Both the position numbers and the translations under genes were made by a program. The notes beneath the pieces were generated by a model. That model was not told the DNA's origin, ran no database searches, and was given only the letters and a program-made list of their open reading frames with translations. A DNA stretch of 17,325 nucleotides from the NCBI GenBank assembly GCA_050014495.1, contig JBEKDF010000050.1, positions 1 to 17,325 of the forward strand. Reading direction: 5' to 3'. Shown here in pieces: positions 16,664-17,325 of the stretch. Positions within the stretch are counted from its first letter, which is position 1; every line of letters starts with the position of its first letter. This DNA comes from Candidatus Bathyarchaeia archaeon. GTDB lineage: Archaea; Thermoproteota; Bathyarchaeia; TCS64.

Positions 16664-17206
16664 TTGTCTGAGATTCAAACAATAGGAGTGATAGTGACTG
16701 CTGCAAGTGTGACGGTAGCAGCGATCTACTACATCTTCACGCTGAGGATAAACATGAGGACACAGCAACTGGCACTCAAGGCACAGGAGCAGAACCTAGA
16801 GACGCGCCAGGCCCAGCTATTCCAATCGGTTTACTCCAAGTTCTCGGCAAGGGAGGTCCTCCAAGACTTCAACGCAATCACGTTATGGAGCTGGAGAGAC
16901 TACGACGACTTCATGGAGAAGTATGGGCCGAACCACCCAGAGCATTACGTGGGTTTCTGGGAGCTGGCTAACTTCTACGAGGGCATAGGCGTCTACTTGA
17001 AACGGGGTCTACTTGATGCGGGCATGATAGATGATTTCCTCAGCGGACCGATACGCATCTTCTGGGAGAAGCTGAGGCCCATTATACTTGAGCATAGGAA
17101 GAGGGAGAACTGGCCAACTTATGGGGAGTGGATTGAGTACCTCTACAACGAGATCCAGCCAATAGCACTAAGGCAGCACCCAGAGATTGAGACCAAAACC
17201 AAATAA
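16664..17206 (+). CDS. Array paralog, DUF4760-like (type A-like anchor, 22-aa stalk)
   Basis: QTIGVIVTAASVTVAAIYY, ETRQAQLF, WRDYDDFMEKYG, NFYEGIGVYLKRGLLD, WEKLRPII, WIEYL. Confidence 0.85.
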   Translation: MSEIQTIGVIVTAASVTVAAIYYIFTLRINMRTQQLALKAQEQNLETRQAQLFQSVYSKFSAREVLQDFNAITLWSWRDYDDFMEKYGPNHPEHYVGFWELANFYEGIGVYLKRGLLDAGMIDDFLSGPIRIFWEKLRPIILEHRKRENWPTYGEWIEYLYNEIQPIALRQHPEIETKTK

Positions 17207-17248
17207 TCTTATCCTCACTTCCACCTGACCCTTACTCAGGTGAATGTA
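17202..17248 (+). repeat. Array leader repeat copy 12
   Basis: aataatcttatcctcacttccacctgacccttactcaggtgaatgta before TTG 17249. Confidence 0.92.
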
Positions 17249-17325
17249 TTGGTTGATGCGCAGACGGTTGGAGTGTTAGCGACAGCGGCAAGCGTGACAG
17301 TTGCGGCGATATACTACATGATAAC
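17249..17325 (+). CDS. Next array paralog (type A anchor), cut by the window edge
   Basis: TTG GTT GAT GCG CAG ACG... = MVDAQTVGVLATAASVTVAAIYYMI; not in the ORF track. Confidence 0.85.
   Translation, partial: MVDAQTVGVLATAASVTVAAIYYMI

Noticed and set aside
8528..17206. Diversity-generating retroelement
   Set aside because: No reverse transcriptase, and no near-identical TR/VR pair differing only at adenines was seen.
8481..17248. CRISPR array interpretation of the repeats
   Set aside because: The spacers are whole genes of 0.5-1.5 kb, the copies are variable, and no cas genes are present.
8481..17248. Classical integron attC sites
   Set aside because: No RYYYAAC...GTTRRRY ends or long attC-style palindrome; the repeat is fixed relative to the downstream start codon; no integrase in the window.

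Overview
The window looks archaeal: TATA-like boxes sit about 34 nt upstream of starts, there are GTGA/GAGGTG ribosome-binding sites and many TTG starts. The gene content is reminiscent of Bathyarchaeia, but that is inference. The left half (1-8220) holds ordinary accessory genes: a membrane protein plus winged-HTH regulator, a secreted beta-propeller, a truncated QueG-like gene, three sulfite-oxidase-type molybdopterin-domain proteins around a CcdA/TlpA pair, a pilin-like protein and an LLM oxidoreductase. The right half (8280 to the window end) is a cassette-like tandem array. It contains eight complete, one 5'-deleted and one edge-truncated paralog of a membrane-anchored helical protein family (DUF4760-like). 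Every paralog that retains its 5' end is preceded by the same ~46-bp repeat (CAATAGCCTTATCCTCACTTCCACCTGACTCTAATCCAGTGATGATTA). The repeat also precedes an unrelated PLP decarboxylase, occurs in degenerate form before a PLP dehydratase, and is cut off beside an inverted amidohydrolase. The paralogs are mosaic: two or three interchangeable N-terminal anchor types, a coiled-coil stalk whose length varies in exact heptads (8+7n aa), and a highly divergent C-terminal domain. No recombinase or reverse transcriptase is in the window, and the array runs off the right edge.
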